From Gemmatimonadales bacterium (GTDB lineage: Bacteria; Gemmatimonadota; Gemmatimonadetes; Gemmatimonadales; GWC2-71-9): DNA of 64,000 nt. The translations under genes and the position numbers were made by a program. The notes under the pieces were generated by a model. The model saw only the letters and a program-made list of their open reading frames with translations, was not told where the DNA came from and did not search any database. The stretch covers positions 1-64,000 of the forward strand of contig JBFJHJ010000002.1 in assembly GCA_041613315.1 (NCBI GenBank), in the 5' to 3' direction. Shown in pieces: positions 47,614 through 57,151 of the stretch (positions are counted from its first letter, which is position 1; each line of letters opens with the position of its first letter).

Positions 47614-49067
47614 CGGCTCACCCGGTTGCGCCCGTACCGTTTGGCACGGTAGAGGGCGTCGTCCGCGCGGGCGATCACGGCCTCGGGATCGCTCGCCTCG
47701 CCCGGGTCGAGGCTCGTGATCCCCACCGAGACCGTCACCCCGAGCGGTTGCTCGCCGCCGTCCGCGAAGTCGTGCTGCGCGACGCGCAACCGGATCCGTT
47801 CGGCGGAGATGCGCGCACCTTCCGGCCCCGTCTCCGGGACCAGGACGACAAACTCCTCGCCACCGAACCGTGCCACCACATCCACCGTCCGCACCTCGGC
47901 GAGGAGCAGCTCCCCCACCTGCCGCAGCACGCTGTCGCCCACCAGGTGCCCGTGCTCATCGTTCACGCTCTTGAAGCGGTCCAGATCGATCATGAGCACG
48001 CTGAGCGCCAGCTTGTAGCGCTGCACCCGCTCCAACTCCGCTTCCAGCCGCTCCACCAGCGTGCGGCGGTTGACGCAGCCGGTGAGCGGGTCGATCGCCG
48101 CCAGCTCCTGGTAGCGCCGCTTGTCGGACTCGACGCTCTGGAGCTCGTAGGCGCGCTCGATCGCGTTCACGGCCGTCCCGACGACGCGCTCGGCGAACTC
48201 GAGACTCGCTTGCGTCAGGGGTGGATCCTGGCCGAGCGTCCGCAAGAAGAAGACCCCGGAGTGCTGGCCTCGCAGCGTGAACGGCACGGCAATCACCGAC
48301 CGTGTGAGCACCGCGATCCCCTCGTGCTCCCACTGGCGACGCACCGCCGCGTAGAGGGGGTCAGTCTGGACGTCCTGCACCAGCACCGGCTTGTTCGTCG
48401 AGAGGGCCTTGCGGACCTCCGGATAGCGCCCCAGCTGGATGTCGAGATTGCGCAGCATGGGGTTGTCGGCAGCCACCACGACCGTGGCCACCTTGTCGGC
48501 CGGCTGGGCAAGCACGATGGAGCACTTGGAGATGTTGAGCACCTTGGCGACGCGCCGGGCGAGAATATGGTACATCTCTTCCGGGGCCAGCGCCTCGGTC
48601 ACCTCGTGCAGGATGTCCACCATCTCGGCGCGCGCGGCCGCCTCGGAAGCGCGTCGCTCGGCCTCCCGTCGGGCGTTCCGGAGCTCTCGGCTGATGCGGA
48701 GGTGGGCGTCCACCCGGGCCACCAGCTCCTTCACGCGAAACGGCTTGGCGATGAAGTCGGCCGCCCCCAACCCGAGGGACTTGACGGTGGCCTCTTCGGG
48801 CGGGATGGAGGAGATCATCAGGACGGGGAGATCGCGCCAGCGATCGGCGCGCTTCACCTGCTCAAGGAGCTGCAGGCCGTCGACCTTCGGCATCATGATG
48901 TCGAGCATGAGGAGGTCCGGCCGCTCCTCGTCCATCCGCCCGAGCAGGTTCTCACCACCGCGGACCGGGATCACGTGGTAGCCGCGTTCCTTGAGGATCC
49001 ACGTGATGGTGTCGAGCAGCGCCTGGTCATCGTCGGCGACCAGGATGCGAGCCGCCTGCGCCGTCAT
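47610..49067 (-). CDS. Diguanylate cyclase (REC-GAF-GGDEF)
   Basis: LVADDD..LDIMMP..KPF; DPLTG..NRR; GGEEF active site with RTVD I-site. Confidence 0.95.
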   Translation of the reverse strand: MTAQAARILVADDDQALLDTITWILKERGYHVIPVRGGENLLGRMDEERPDLLMLDIMMPKVDGLQLLEQVKRADRWRDLPVLMISSIPPEEATVKSLGLGAADFIAKPFRVKELVARVDAHLRISRELRNARREAERRASEAAARAEMVDILHEVTEALAPEEMYHILARRVAKVLNISKCSIVLAQPADKVATVVVAADNPMLRNLDIQLGRYPEVRKALSTNKPVLVQDVQTDPLYAAVRRQWEHEGIAVLTRSVIAVPFTLRGQHSGVFFLRTLGQDPPLTQASLEFAERVVGTAVNAIERAYELQSVESDKRRYQELAAIDPLTGCVNRRTLVERLEAELERVQRYKLALSVLMIDLDRFKSVNDEHGHLVGDSVLRQVGELLLAEVRTVDVVARFGGEEFVVLVPETGPEGARISAERIRLRVAQHDFADGGEQPLGVTVSVGITSLDPGEASDPEAVIARADDALYRAKRYGRNRVSR

Positions 49068-49079
49068 CGCCGCCGATCG

Positions 49080-50024
49080 TTAGGTGTTCGCCAGCGCCGC
49101 GATGGCCGCGGGGTCCACGTTCCCGCCGCTCACGACGAGCACGGTGGGGCCGTGCGGCTTGAGGGCGCCGGACCGGAGGGCCGCGGTCGTGGCCGCTCCG
49201 GAAGGCTCGGCGCGGACTCCTGCGGTCGCGGAGAGCCACACCGTCGCCTCAGCGATCGCGGCGTCCGACACCGTGATCGCGTCGATGTGGCCCTGCATGT
49301 GGTGGAAAGTAACCGTGCCTACTGAAAGGGGAAGTAACCCGTCGGCGATGCTGTGCGTGCGCTCGAGCCGGACGGGGCCGCCCGCCGCGAGGGCGGCGCC
49401 GAGGGCGGCAGCGCCTGCGGGCTCCACCCCCGTGACGCGGGCGCCCGGCGCGAGGGCCGCGAGCGCCGTGATGATGCCAGCGGCGAGTCCGCCGCCTCCC
49501 ACGGGGACCGCCACGTGGGCGACCTCGGGCAGTTGCTCGGCGATCTCGAGGCCCACGGTGCCCTGGCCCGCGATGATCGCGGGGTGATCGTACGGCGGGA
49601 TCACGGCGAGCCGCTCCGTCGCCACGAGACGCATCGCCTCCCGATAGCGGTCCTCGGACGTGCGGCCCGCGAACACGACCTCGCCTCCCCAACGCTCGAC
49701 GCCCGCCACCTTGGCGGGCGGCGCCGTCTCCGGCATCACGATCACCGCCCGCACACCGAGCCGGCGCGCCGCGAACGCGACGGCCTGGCCATGATTCCCG
49801 CTCGAATACGTGACGACGCCGCGGGAGCGCTCCGCCGGGGTGAGCCACTGAAGCGCCGTCCAGGCGCCCCGGAGCTTGAAGGCGCCCGTGGGCTGCTCGT
49901 TTTCGAGCTTCAGGAAGATCGGGACGCCGGCCTGCTCGGTGAGCTGCGGCACCGGTTGGAGCGAGGTGCGAACCGCGACGCCGTCCAGCCCGCGGGCGGC
50001 GACGCGAATGTCCTCGATCGTCAC
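49080..50024 (-). CDS. Threonine/serine dehydratase (serine racemase-like), no regulatory domain
   Basis: KLENEQPTGAFKLRGA, SSGNHGQA, GGGGL, EPSGA, SGGN; start could extend to 50075. Confidence 0.92.
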   Translation of the reverse strand: MTIEDIRVAARGLDGVAVRTSLQPVPQLTEQAGVPIFLKLENEQPTGAFKLRGAWTALQWLTPAERSRGVVTYSSGNHGQAVAFAARRLGVRAVIVMPETAPPAKVAGVERWGGEVVFAGRTSEDRYREAMRLVATERLAVIPPYDHPAIIAGQGTVGLEIAEQLPEVAHVAVPVGGGGLAAGIITALAALAPGARVTGVEPAGAAALGAALAAGGPVRLERTHSIADGLLPLSVGTVTFHHMQGHIDAITVSDAAIAEATVWLSATAGVRAEPSGAATTAALRSGALKPHGPTVLVVSGGNVDPAAIAALANT

Positions 50025-50107
50025 CCGGGACACCGTGGCGCTACTGACGGGAGATTGGGGCGGGCGCCTAGGCATGCGAAAAACGGAGTCCCGGTGGCCG
50101 GGGCCCG

Positions 50108-52636
50108 TCAGAGATCCATCTCGCTCTGGTCCGCACCCTCCGCCACGATCTCCTCATCCGGCACCGGACCCTCGTCCTCGCCGTTCTCCGCGTCGCCCCC
50201 CTCGTCTTCCTTGACGACCCGCGCCACGTCGACCACGAAATCGCCGGGGTCGAGGTTCATCACGCGGACACCCTGGGTGTTGCGCCCGCTGATCCGGATT
50301 CCCTCGACCGGGACACGGATGATGACGCCGTGGCGGGTGACCATCATGAGCTCGTCGTCGGGGAGGACTTCCTTGAGGGCGACCACCTCGCCGGTCTTCT
50401 CGGTGCGTTTCAGCGTGATGATGCCCTTCCCGCCGCGCTTTTGCACGCGGTAGTCCGCGATGGGAGAGCGCTTGCCAAGTCCCTTCTCGGTCACCACGAG
50501 GAGCGTGGCGTCGCGGCGTAGGACGACCATCCCGATCACCCGGTCGCCTTTCGCGAGCTGGATGCCCCGGACGCCGGCGGTGGCGCGGCCCATCTCCCGT
50601 ACGTCCTGTTCGCTGAACCGGATGCTCATGCCGTGACGAGTGGCCAAGACGATGTCGTTCGAGCCGTCGGTGATCTGCACCTCGATCAGCTCGTCGCCCT
50701 CGTCGATGTTGATGGCCGTAATGCCGGTCGAGCGCGGGTTGCCAAACGCCGAGAGCACCGTCTTCTTCACGACGCCGGCGGCCGTCGCGAACATGAGGGC
50801 GTGCGTGTCGGAGAACTCGCGGACGGAAATAAAGGCCGCGATGCGTTCATCGGGCTTGATACCGATCAAGTTGACGACCGGGCGGCCACGGGCGGCCCGT
50901 CCACCCTGGGGCACGTCGTACACCTTGAGCCAGTAGACGCGGCCGGTGTGGGAGAAAAACAGGACGTAGTCGTGGGTGGACGCCACGAAGAGGTGTTCCA
51001 CCCAGTCGTCCTCCTTCGTGCCCATTCCCGTGAGGCCCCGACCGCCCCGACGCTGGCGCCGGTACGTGGTCACGGGAATCCGCTTGATATAGCCGAAGTG
51101 CGAGATCGTAATGACCATGTCCTCTTCGGCGATCAGGTCCTCGATCGAGAAGTCGCCCTCCTCGGCCACGATCTCGGTCCGGCGCCGATCGCCGAACTTC
51201 TGGACCAGCGCGTCCAACTCGTCCTTGAGGATCTGCATCCGCTTCGGCTGGGAACCGAGGATCCCCTTCAGCTCCTTGATCAGCGCGCGCACCTCCTTCA
51301 ACTCCGCGTCGAGCTTGTCGATCTCGAGCGACGTGAGGCGAGCCAGCCGCATGTTGAGGATCGCCTCGCTCTGCTTCTCGGACAGCTCGAACCGCTCACG
51401 GAGCGCGGCGTCGGCCGCGGGAACGTCCTGCGCCTTTCGGATGATCTTCACGACCTCGTCGATGCTGTCGACCGCGATCTTGAGACCCTCCAGGATGTGC
51501 TCCCGGCTTTGGGCCTGCTCGAGGTCGTACGTCGTCCGGCGGGTAATGACCTCGTGACGATGCTCGACGAATCGCTCGAGGATCTGCTTGAGATCCAACA
51601 CCTGCGGCTGGCCGTCCACCAGCGCCAGCATGATCGCGCCGAACGTGCTCTGCATTTGCGTGTGCTTGAACAGCTGATTCAGCACGACCGTCGGGTTGGC
51701 ATCGCGCTTGAGCTCGATCACGATCCGCATGCCGTCCCGGTCCGATTCGTCCCGGAGATCCGAGATGTCGGTGACCTTCTTGTTGCGGACCAACCCGGCG
51801 ATCTGCTCGATCAGGCGCGACTTGTTGACCTGGAACGGAATCTCGGTGACCACGATCTGGGACTTGTTGGAGCTCTCCTTCTCCTCGACTTGCGCCCGGG
51901 CGCGCATCACGATCCGGCCGCGACCGGTCTCGTAGCACTCCTTGATGCCGTCCCGCCCGTAGATGAAGCCCGCAGTGGGAAAGTCGGGACCCTTCACGTG
52001 CTTGCAGAGGTCGGCGATCGAGCAGTCGGGGGTGTCCACCAGGTGCTTGAGCGCCGCGGCGACCTCGCTGAGGTTGTGCGGCGGAATGTTCGTCGCCATC
52101 CCCACGGCGATCCCCGAGGCGCCGTTGATCAGCAGATTCGGCACCTGGGCGGGCAGGATCGTCGGCTCCTGGAGTCGGTCGTCGAAGTTGGGGATGAACT
52201 CGACGGTGTTCTTGTCGATGTCCTCCAGCAGCTGCACCGCGAGCGGCGTGAGCCGGGCCTCGGTGTAGCGATAGGCCGCGGCATTGTCGCCGTCCACGGA
52301 CCCGAAATTGCCCTGTCCGTCCACCAGCGGGTAGCGCAGCGAGAAGTCCTGCACCATGCGCACGAGCGAGTCATACACCGCCATGTCGCCGTGCGGGTGG
52401 TACTTGCCGAGCACGTCGCCCACCACCGTGGCGCTCTTCTTATGCGGGCGCCCGGGCTGGAGCCCGAGCTCGTTCATCGCGTAGAGGATGCGCCGATGCA
52501 CCGGCTTGAGGCCGTCGCGCACATCGGGGAGCGCGCGCTGTACGATGACGCTCATCGAATAGTCGATGAAGGACTCCTTCATCTCGTCTTCGATGAGGCG
52601 GGGGAGGATGCGCTCACGCTGATGGGGTGCGGTCAT
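50108..52636 (-). CDS. gyrA: DNA gyrase subunit A
   Basis: [32 protein letters not shown], GyrA-box QRRGGRG, C-terminal pinwheel repeats and acidic tail. Confidence 0.98.
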   Translation of the reverse strand: MTAPHQRERILPRLIEDEMKESFIDYSMSVIVQRALPDVRDGLKPVHRRILYAMNELGLQPGRPHKKSATVVGDVLGKYHPHGDMAVYDSLVRMVQDFSLRYPLVDGQGNFGSVDGDNAAAYRYTEARLTPLAVQLLEDIDKNTVEFIPNFDDRLQEPTILPAQVPNLLINGASGIAVGMATNIPPHNLSEVAAALKHLVDTPDCSIADLCKHVKGPDFPTAGFIYGRDGIKECYETGRGRIVMRARAQVEEKESSNKSQIVVTEIPFQVNKSRLIEQIAGLVRNKKVTDISDLRDESDRDGMRIVIELKRDANPTVVLNQLFKHTQMQSTFGAIMLALVDGQPQVLDLKQILERFVEHRHEVITRRTTYDLEQAQSREHILEGLKIAVDSIDEVVKIIRKAQDVPAADAALRERFELSEKQSEAILNMRLARLTSLEIDKLDAELKEVRALIKELKGILGSQPKRMQILKDELDALVQKFGDRRRTEIVAEEGDFSIEDLIAEEDMVITISHFGYIKRIPVTTYRRQRRGGRGLTGMGTKEDDWVEHLFVASTHDYVLFFSHTGRVYWLKVYDVPQGGRAARGRPVVNLIGIKPDERIAAFISVREFSDTHALMFATAAGVVKKTVLSAFGNPRSTGITAINIDEGDELIEVQITDGSNDIVLATRHGMSIRFSEQDVREMGRATAGVRGIQLAKGDRVIGMVVLRRDATLLVVTEKGLGKRSPIADYRVQKRGGKGIITLKRTEKTGEVVALKEVLPDDELMMVTRHGVIIRVPVEGIRISGRNTQGVRVMNLDPGDFVVDVARVVKEDEGGDAENGEDEGPVPDEEIVAEGADQSEMDL

Positions 52637-52695
52637 GGCCGTCCTTCTCGGGTATGCAAAAACGGGGGCCCGAGGACCCCCGTGGAGGTCCCAGC

Positions 52696-52724
52696 AATAT
52701 ACCCACGGCGAGGGGGGAAATCAA
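52696..52724 (-). promoter_or_regulatory. Candidate gyrA sigma70 promoter
   Basis: Minus strand TTGATT (52724-52719), 17 nt, TATATT (52701-52696). Confidence 0.65.
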
Positions 52725-52951
52725 TCGGCCAGAACCACCTTAAGTTGTTGTTTGACAATTTCTTATGAGCTTCGCCGCGCGGCGGGGAGCTGCCGGAAGC
52801 GGCCCCTCTCACCACCTTCGAGCGACCGCCCGGGCGCGGCGAGCATCGTCGTCCGCAATGAAACCCTGGGCGGTCGTCGTGCGTCTAATGTCCCAGGGGC
52901 CGGGACGTCTGGGGCCGCAACACTGGAGAATTGGCCGGGTCGGAGGAGCGC

Positions 52952-53182
52952 ATGGAATACGCACTGGCACTATCGAACACGCTGCGCGCGACGGGCGACC
53001 TCCGTGGCGTGCCGCGGCTCGCCCGCTCCATGCCCGAAGCCGGCGCGCGCCTCGTCCGGACACCGGCCGGCTACGCCATGTTCGACGAGCGGGACCGTTA
53101 CGTGGGCCGCCTGCCGTGGCCGGACGGCAAGCCCACGCTGGAACCGGGCGGAGAGACGGTGTTGCTGGTCCGGGACGGATAG
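52952..53182 (+). CDS. Small hypothetical protein (76 aa)
   Basis: Strong GGAGGAG RBS before ATG 52952; coding-like codon usage. Confidence 0.55.
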   Translation: MEYALALSNTLRATGDLRGVPRLARSMPEAGARLVRTPAGYAMFDERDRYVGRLPWPDGKPTLEPGGETVLLVRDG

Positions 53183-53250
53183 GGCGCGGCACGCCGCCGC
53201 GCGCCCGCCCAACCCTCCGCCCCTCGCACCCGCCCCCCGCCCGCCGCGCA

Positions 53251-54309
53251 TCACGGTTCACCGATCTCCACCACGATCTTCCCCATCTGCGCACCCTGCT
53301 CCATCCGCTTGAAGGCCTCGTGTGCGCGCTCGAGCGGGAAGGTCGAGTCGATGGTGGGCCGCAGGTGTCCCTGGCCGAGCACGCGCACGATCTCCCGAAA
53401 CTCGTCGGCGCTGCCCATCGTGGAGCCCATGATGTCCCACTGGTGCCAGAACAGACGCCGGAGATCGATCGTCACCTTCGGCCCCGTCGTGGCACCGCAC
53501 GTGATGAGCCGCCCCCGGCGCGCGAGGAGCCGGAGCGACTGTTCCCACGTCGCCTCCCCCACGTTTTCCACGACGACGTCCACCCCACGTTTGGCGGTGA
53601 GCGCCCGCACGGCTTTCACCACATCGGTCATGCGATGATTGAGCGTGTGGTCCGCGCCCATCGCGCGCGCCGCCGCGAGCTTCTCGTCGCTCGACGACGT
53701 GGCGATCACGAACGCCCCGGCGAGCTTCGCGATCTTGAGCGCCGTGCCCGACACCCCACCCCCGATCCCCCAGATCAACACCACTTCGCCCGGCCGCACC
53801 CGTGCCCGCGTCACCAACATCCGCCAGGCCGTGAGCGTGACCAGCGAGAACGCCGCCGCTTCCCCCCAACTGAGCGGAGAGTGCGGCGCCGGCGGCGTCG
53901 GCATCGGCGCCAGGTTCTCCTGCGGGACCACGATGTACTCGGCGAGCGTTCCCGGTACGTGCTCCCCCAGCAGGCGGTAGTCAGCGCACGACGAGTGCTC
54001 GCCCGCGAGGCAGAACTCACAGGCGTAGCAAGAGATGCCGGGGTTGATCATCACGCGATCGCCGACGGCAACGCGCGCGACGCCCGTGCCCACCGAGTCC
54101 ACCACGCCGGCCCCGTCGCCACCCACGACGTGGGGGAAGCTGAGCGTGAGCCCCGGGAGTCCCCGCACGGTCCAGAGATCCAAATGGTTCAGGGCGGCCG
54201 CCCGCAGGCGCACGCGCACGTCGCCGGCGCGGGCGATGGCCGGTGTCGGCACGTCCCGCACCGCGAGCTGCGAGAGATCACCGTGACCGCTGAGGACGAG
54301 CGCTTTCAT
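53251..54309 (-). CDS. Zinc-binding MDR family oxidoreductase
   Basis: ALNHLDLW..G, structural CYACEFC..C, GIGGGV, CGATTG, GSTMG, GKIVV. Confidence 0.92.
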   Translation of the reverse strand: MKALVLSGHGDLSQLAVRDVPTPAIARAGDVRVRLRAAALNHLDLWTVRGLPGLTLSFPHVVGGDGAGVVDSVGTGVARVAVGDRVMINPGISCYACEFCLAGEHSSCADYRLLGEHVPGTLAEYIVVPQENLAPMPTPPAPHSPLSWGEAAAFSLVTLTAWRMLVTRARVRPGEVVLIWGIGGGVSGTALKIAKLAGAFVIATSSSDEKLAAARAMGADHTLNHRMTDVVKAVRALTAKRGVDVVVENVGEATWEQSLRLLARRGRLITCGATTGPKVTIDLRRLFWHQWDIMGSTMGSADEFREIVRVLGQGHLRPTIDSTFPLERAHEAFKRMEQGAQMGKIVVEIGEP

Positions 54310-54430
54310 AGAATCGGGGTGAGGTGTGTCGGAAGAGGGTATCGGCCGATCGGACTCGGCGACCCGCCGTCCACCAACTGGAAAGGACGCGATTCGCTTC
54401 GTGGCCCGGGTGGTGACGGTCTCGTCGCGG

Positions 54431-56629
54431 CTACGGGCGGAAACTCGGTGCGGCGAACTGCTCCGCCGGCGATTGGCGGGGCACCTCCACGGCCGCACCA
54501 CCGCCCACGGGGACGAGCACCATCCGCACGCCCGACGCGTTCCTCCCTTGCTCGGGTACCGTGGCAGCCACCAGATCGCGCCCAGGGGCGACCGCGTAGC
54601 CGCTGACAAAGAGCTCGGCGGGCGTCAGCGTCGCGACCTGTCCCGCCAAGGTCATGGTCGTCACGCTCCGCGTGGGCCCGCGGCGCACCCGCACCTCGCG
54701 CAGAAACGCGAGTGTGCTGTCGCCCAGCCACGCGGGCGCCGTCGCCTCCCCCGTGATGCCGCCGACGGCCCGCTGGTTGGTGCCATCCAAGTCCATCAGG
54801 TACAGCTTCGCGTCCCGGTCCCGCCGAGTGTAGGCGATCGTACGGCCGTCGGCCGAGACCGCGGGCTCGTGGTTGGCCCCGTCCTGGGTGAGCTGCCGCG
54901 CCGCTGTCCCATCGGCGTTGATGATCCAGATCTGGGGCCGCCCGTCGGTGAGCTGGTACACCAGCCGGCGACCGTCGGGTGTCCACGCCGGCGCCCCTTC
55001 GGCCCCCGAGGTGGTCGTCAGACGCCGGGGATTGGACCCATCCGCGTCCGCCACGTACAGCTCGTTATTCCCCTCGACGTCGGATACGTAGGCAATGGAG
55101 AGGCCGTCCGGGGCGTACACCGCCCCCAGATCCTGGCCTGGCGTGGCGACGATCCGTCGAAGGCGCGCGGGGTGGCTGCGGTCGACCGCGTACACGTCGA
55201 ACGAACCGCTCCGGTTCGAGGAGACCAGCAACTCACCGGTCACGAACACGCGCGCGCTGTCGGCGGGACCCGCAGGCGTGGTCGCGACGACGACCGCCGA
55301 GCCCATGTCGATCGCCTCTACCGTCCCGTCATTGCCGACACGGACGATGGCCGGATCGCTCGACGTCCACCGGACCGCGGTCGCCGGCCCCATCCGACGT
55401 CCCGCGGCGTCGGTATAGAACGCGCTGAGGGAGCGTCGCTCTCCACGGCGGAGCGCGAGCCGTTCGGCGCTCACGACGAGCCCCGCGGCCGCCACGCGCA
55501 CCCGCCACCGCTTCTCCAACCCCGGCCCCGGGCCCCGGACGGTGATGGTCGTCGCACCCACCGCCCGGCCTGTCGCGGTGCCGCTCACCGCGTCGAACCC
55601 CACGACCGCGGTATCCGCGACCTCCCACGACAACTCGGCCTCCGGGACCGGCACGTCGTCCGCTCCCCGCGCGACGGCGCGGAACGTCGCAGCGCCGCCC
55701 AGCGCGAGCACGATGCTGTCGCCCGACGGTGCCAGTGTCAGGGACTCGACGCGGCGGTGCACCGAGACCGGAAGCCGGAGCTCCTGACCGAACCCGTTCG
55801 CCACCACCTCCGTCCGCCCCGACGCCACGCCCGTCACGACCCCGTCGACGGTCACGGAGACGATGCCCGGATTGGCCGTCCCCCACGCGAGCGTCCGCGC
55901 GTCGAGGCGCCGCCGCTCCTGGGCCGGCACGATGACGCGCACGGTGTCTGACGCTCCCGGCGAAATGGGAAGCCGAGAGGCTTCGAACGCCCATTCCGTG
56001 ATCGCCACGTGGACCGGCACGCGCTGTGAGAGACGCCCGTCGGTCGTCCGCGCCTCGATCATGCCCTGGCCGGGCGCGATGCCGATCACTCGGCCGCCTG
56101 TCGCCAGCCGGGCCACGTCCTCGCGAAAGGAGCGCCACACGAGCGGCACCGGCGCCGCCGGGGAGCCGTCGTCCCGCCGGAAGATGGGCCGGAGCTGAAT
56201 CGTCTCCGAGGGAAGGAGATACACCGCGGTGGGGTCGATCTGGAGAACCGTGGGGGTCCCGAAGCCACTGCGCGGGCCGGCGGGGCCGCCCCCGACGGTC
56301 ACGGTGAGCGTTCGTGACTGCCCGCCGGCCTGGACCTCCACCATCGCCGCACCCGGCGCCAGTGCCACGACGTACGCGACGCCCGGCACGCCGGGATCGG
56401 GGTCCACGCGGACCACATGCGGGTCACTGCTGCGCCAGCGGAAGCTCGCCAGCACGATATCCCCGCGGGCATTGTACGCGGAGGCGAGCACCTCGCGTCG
56501 TTCCCCCACCGCCATCCGCAGCGACAGCGGTGTGAGATCCAGCGTTGACACGGCTTGTGCGTTCGCGGGTCGCTCGGCGACGAGCGCGAGAGTGAGCGTG
56601 AGCAGCGGAGCGAGCTTGCGTCGGCGCAT
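54431..56629 (-). CDS. Exported protein with about four Ig-like (Big_2) repeats and a C-terminal TolB-like propeller
   Basis: Repeated W.SSDP..V.V..G.V.....G motifs; YAPDG, WTPDG, VSADG propeller repeats. Confidence 0.85.
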   Translation of the reverse strand: MRRRKLAPLLTLTLALVAERPANAQAVSTLDLTPLSLRMAVGERREVLASAYNARGDIVLASFRWRSSDPHVVRVDPDPGVPGVAYVVALAPGAAMVEVQAGGQSRTLTVTVGGGPAGPRSGFGTPTVLQIDPTAVYLLPSETIQLRPIFRRDDGSPAAPVPLVWRSFREDVARLATGGRVIGIAPGQGMIEARTTDGRLSQRVPVHVAITEWAFEASRLPISPGASDTVRVIVPAQERRRLDARTLAWGTANPGIVSVTVDGVVTGVASGRTEVVANGFGQELRLPVSVHRRVESLTLAPSGDSIVLALGGAATFRAVARGADDVPVPEAELSWEVADTAVVGFDAVSGTATGRAVGATTITVRGPGPGLEKRWRVRVAAAGLVVSAERLALRRGERRSLSAFYTDAAGRRMGPATAVRWTSSDPAIVRVGNDGTVEAIDMGSAVVVATTPAGPADSARVFVTGELLVSSNRSGSFDVYAVDRSHPARLRRIVATPGQDLGAVYAPDGLSIAYVSDVEGNNELYVADADGSNPRRLTTTSGAEGAPAWTPDGRRLVYQLTDGRPQIWIINADGTAARQLTQDGANHEPAVSADGRTIAYTRRDRDAKLYLMDLDGTNQRAVGGITGEATAPAWLGDSTLAFLREVRVRRGPTRSVTTMTLAGQVATLTPAELFVSGYAVAPGRDLVAATVPEQGRNASGVRMVLVPVGGGAAVEVPRQSPAEQFAAPSFRP

Positions 56630-56821
56630 CGGTCGGCGGCTGTGTTGCCCGTAAGTCCAATCGGGAGATGAAGATATGCGATCGAACCTAGTGCCGGCAG
56701 CGCCACTGGTCAAGCCAGGCAGTCCCGCGCACCGGCGGCGCACCAACAGCGTGCACTTGCCATCGCTCATCACGTGGAGAAAACTATAGGGCCTCAGAGT
56801 CACTCACCGGAGGAACACACG

Positions 56822-57139
56822 ATGTCGATGTCTTTCGATCCCATCGGCAGCGGACCGGGCGGTCCGGGTATGTGGGACCCGATGCCGCTGACCCCGCCGG
56901 TTCGTCCGCCGTCCGAACCGAAAGAGGAAAAGCTGATCTGGTCCCGGCCGGAGCCGACGCCGCCACCGGCACCGGAGAAGCCGAAGCCCGCGGCCGCCCC
57001 GAAACCCAAGAAGAAGGCGGCGAAGAAGAGACGGCCCGCCGCGAAACGCAAGAAGAAGGCGGCCAAGAAGAAACGGCCGGCCAAGAAAGCGCGGAAGAAG
57101 GCGAAGAAGAAGAAGGCTGGCCGGAAGAAGCGCCGCTAG
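56822..57139 (+). CDS. Pro-rich / Lys-rich histone H1-like protein
   Basis: GGAGG RBS; C-terminal KKKAAKK/RPAAK repeats. Confidence 0.75.
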   Translation: MSMSFDPIGSGPGGPGMWDPMPLTPPVRPPSEPKEEKLIWSRPEPTPPPAPEKPKPAAAPKPKKKAAKKRRPAAKRKKKAAKKKRPAKKARKKAKKKKAGRKKRR

Positions 57140-57151
57140 GCGGCCGGGCGG

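Noticed and set aside
56990..57139. CRISPR or non-coding tandem repeat
   Set aside because: The AAGAAG periodicity is explained by Lys-rich coding; there is no repeat-spacer structure and no cas gene.
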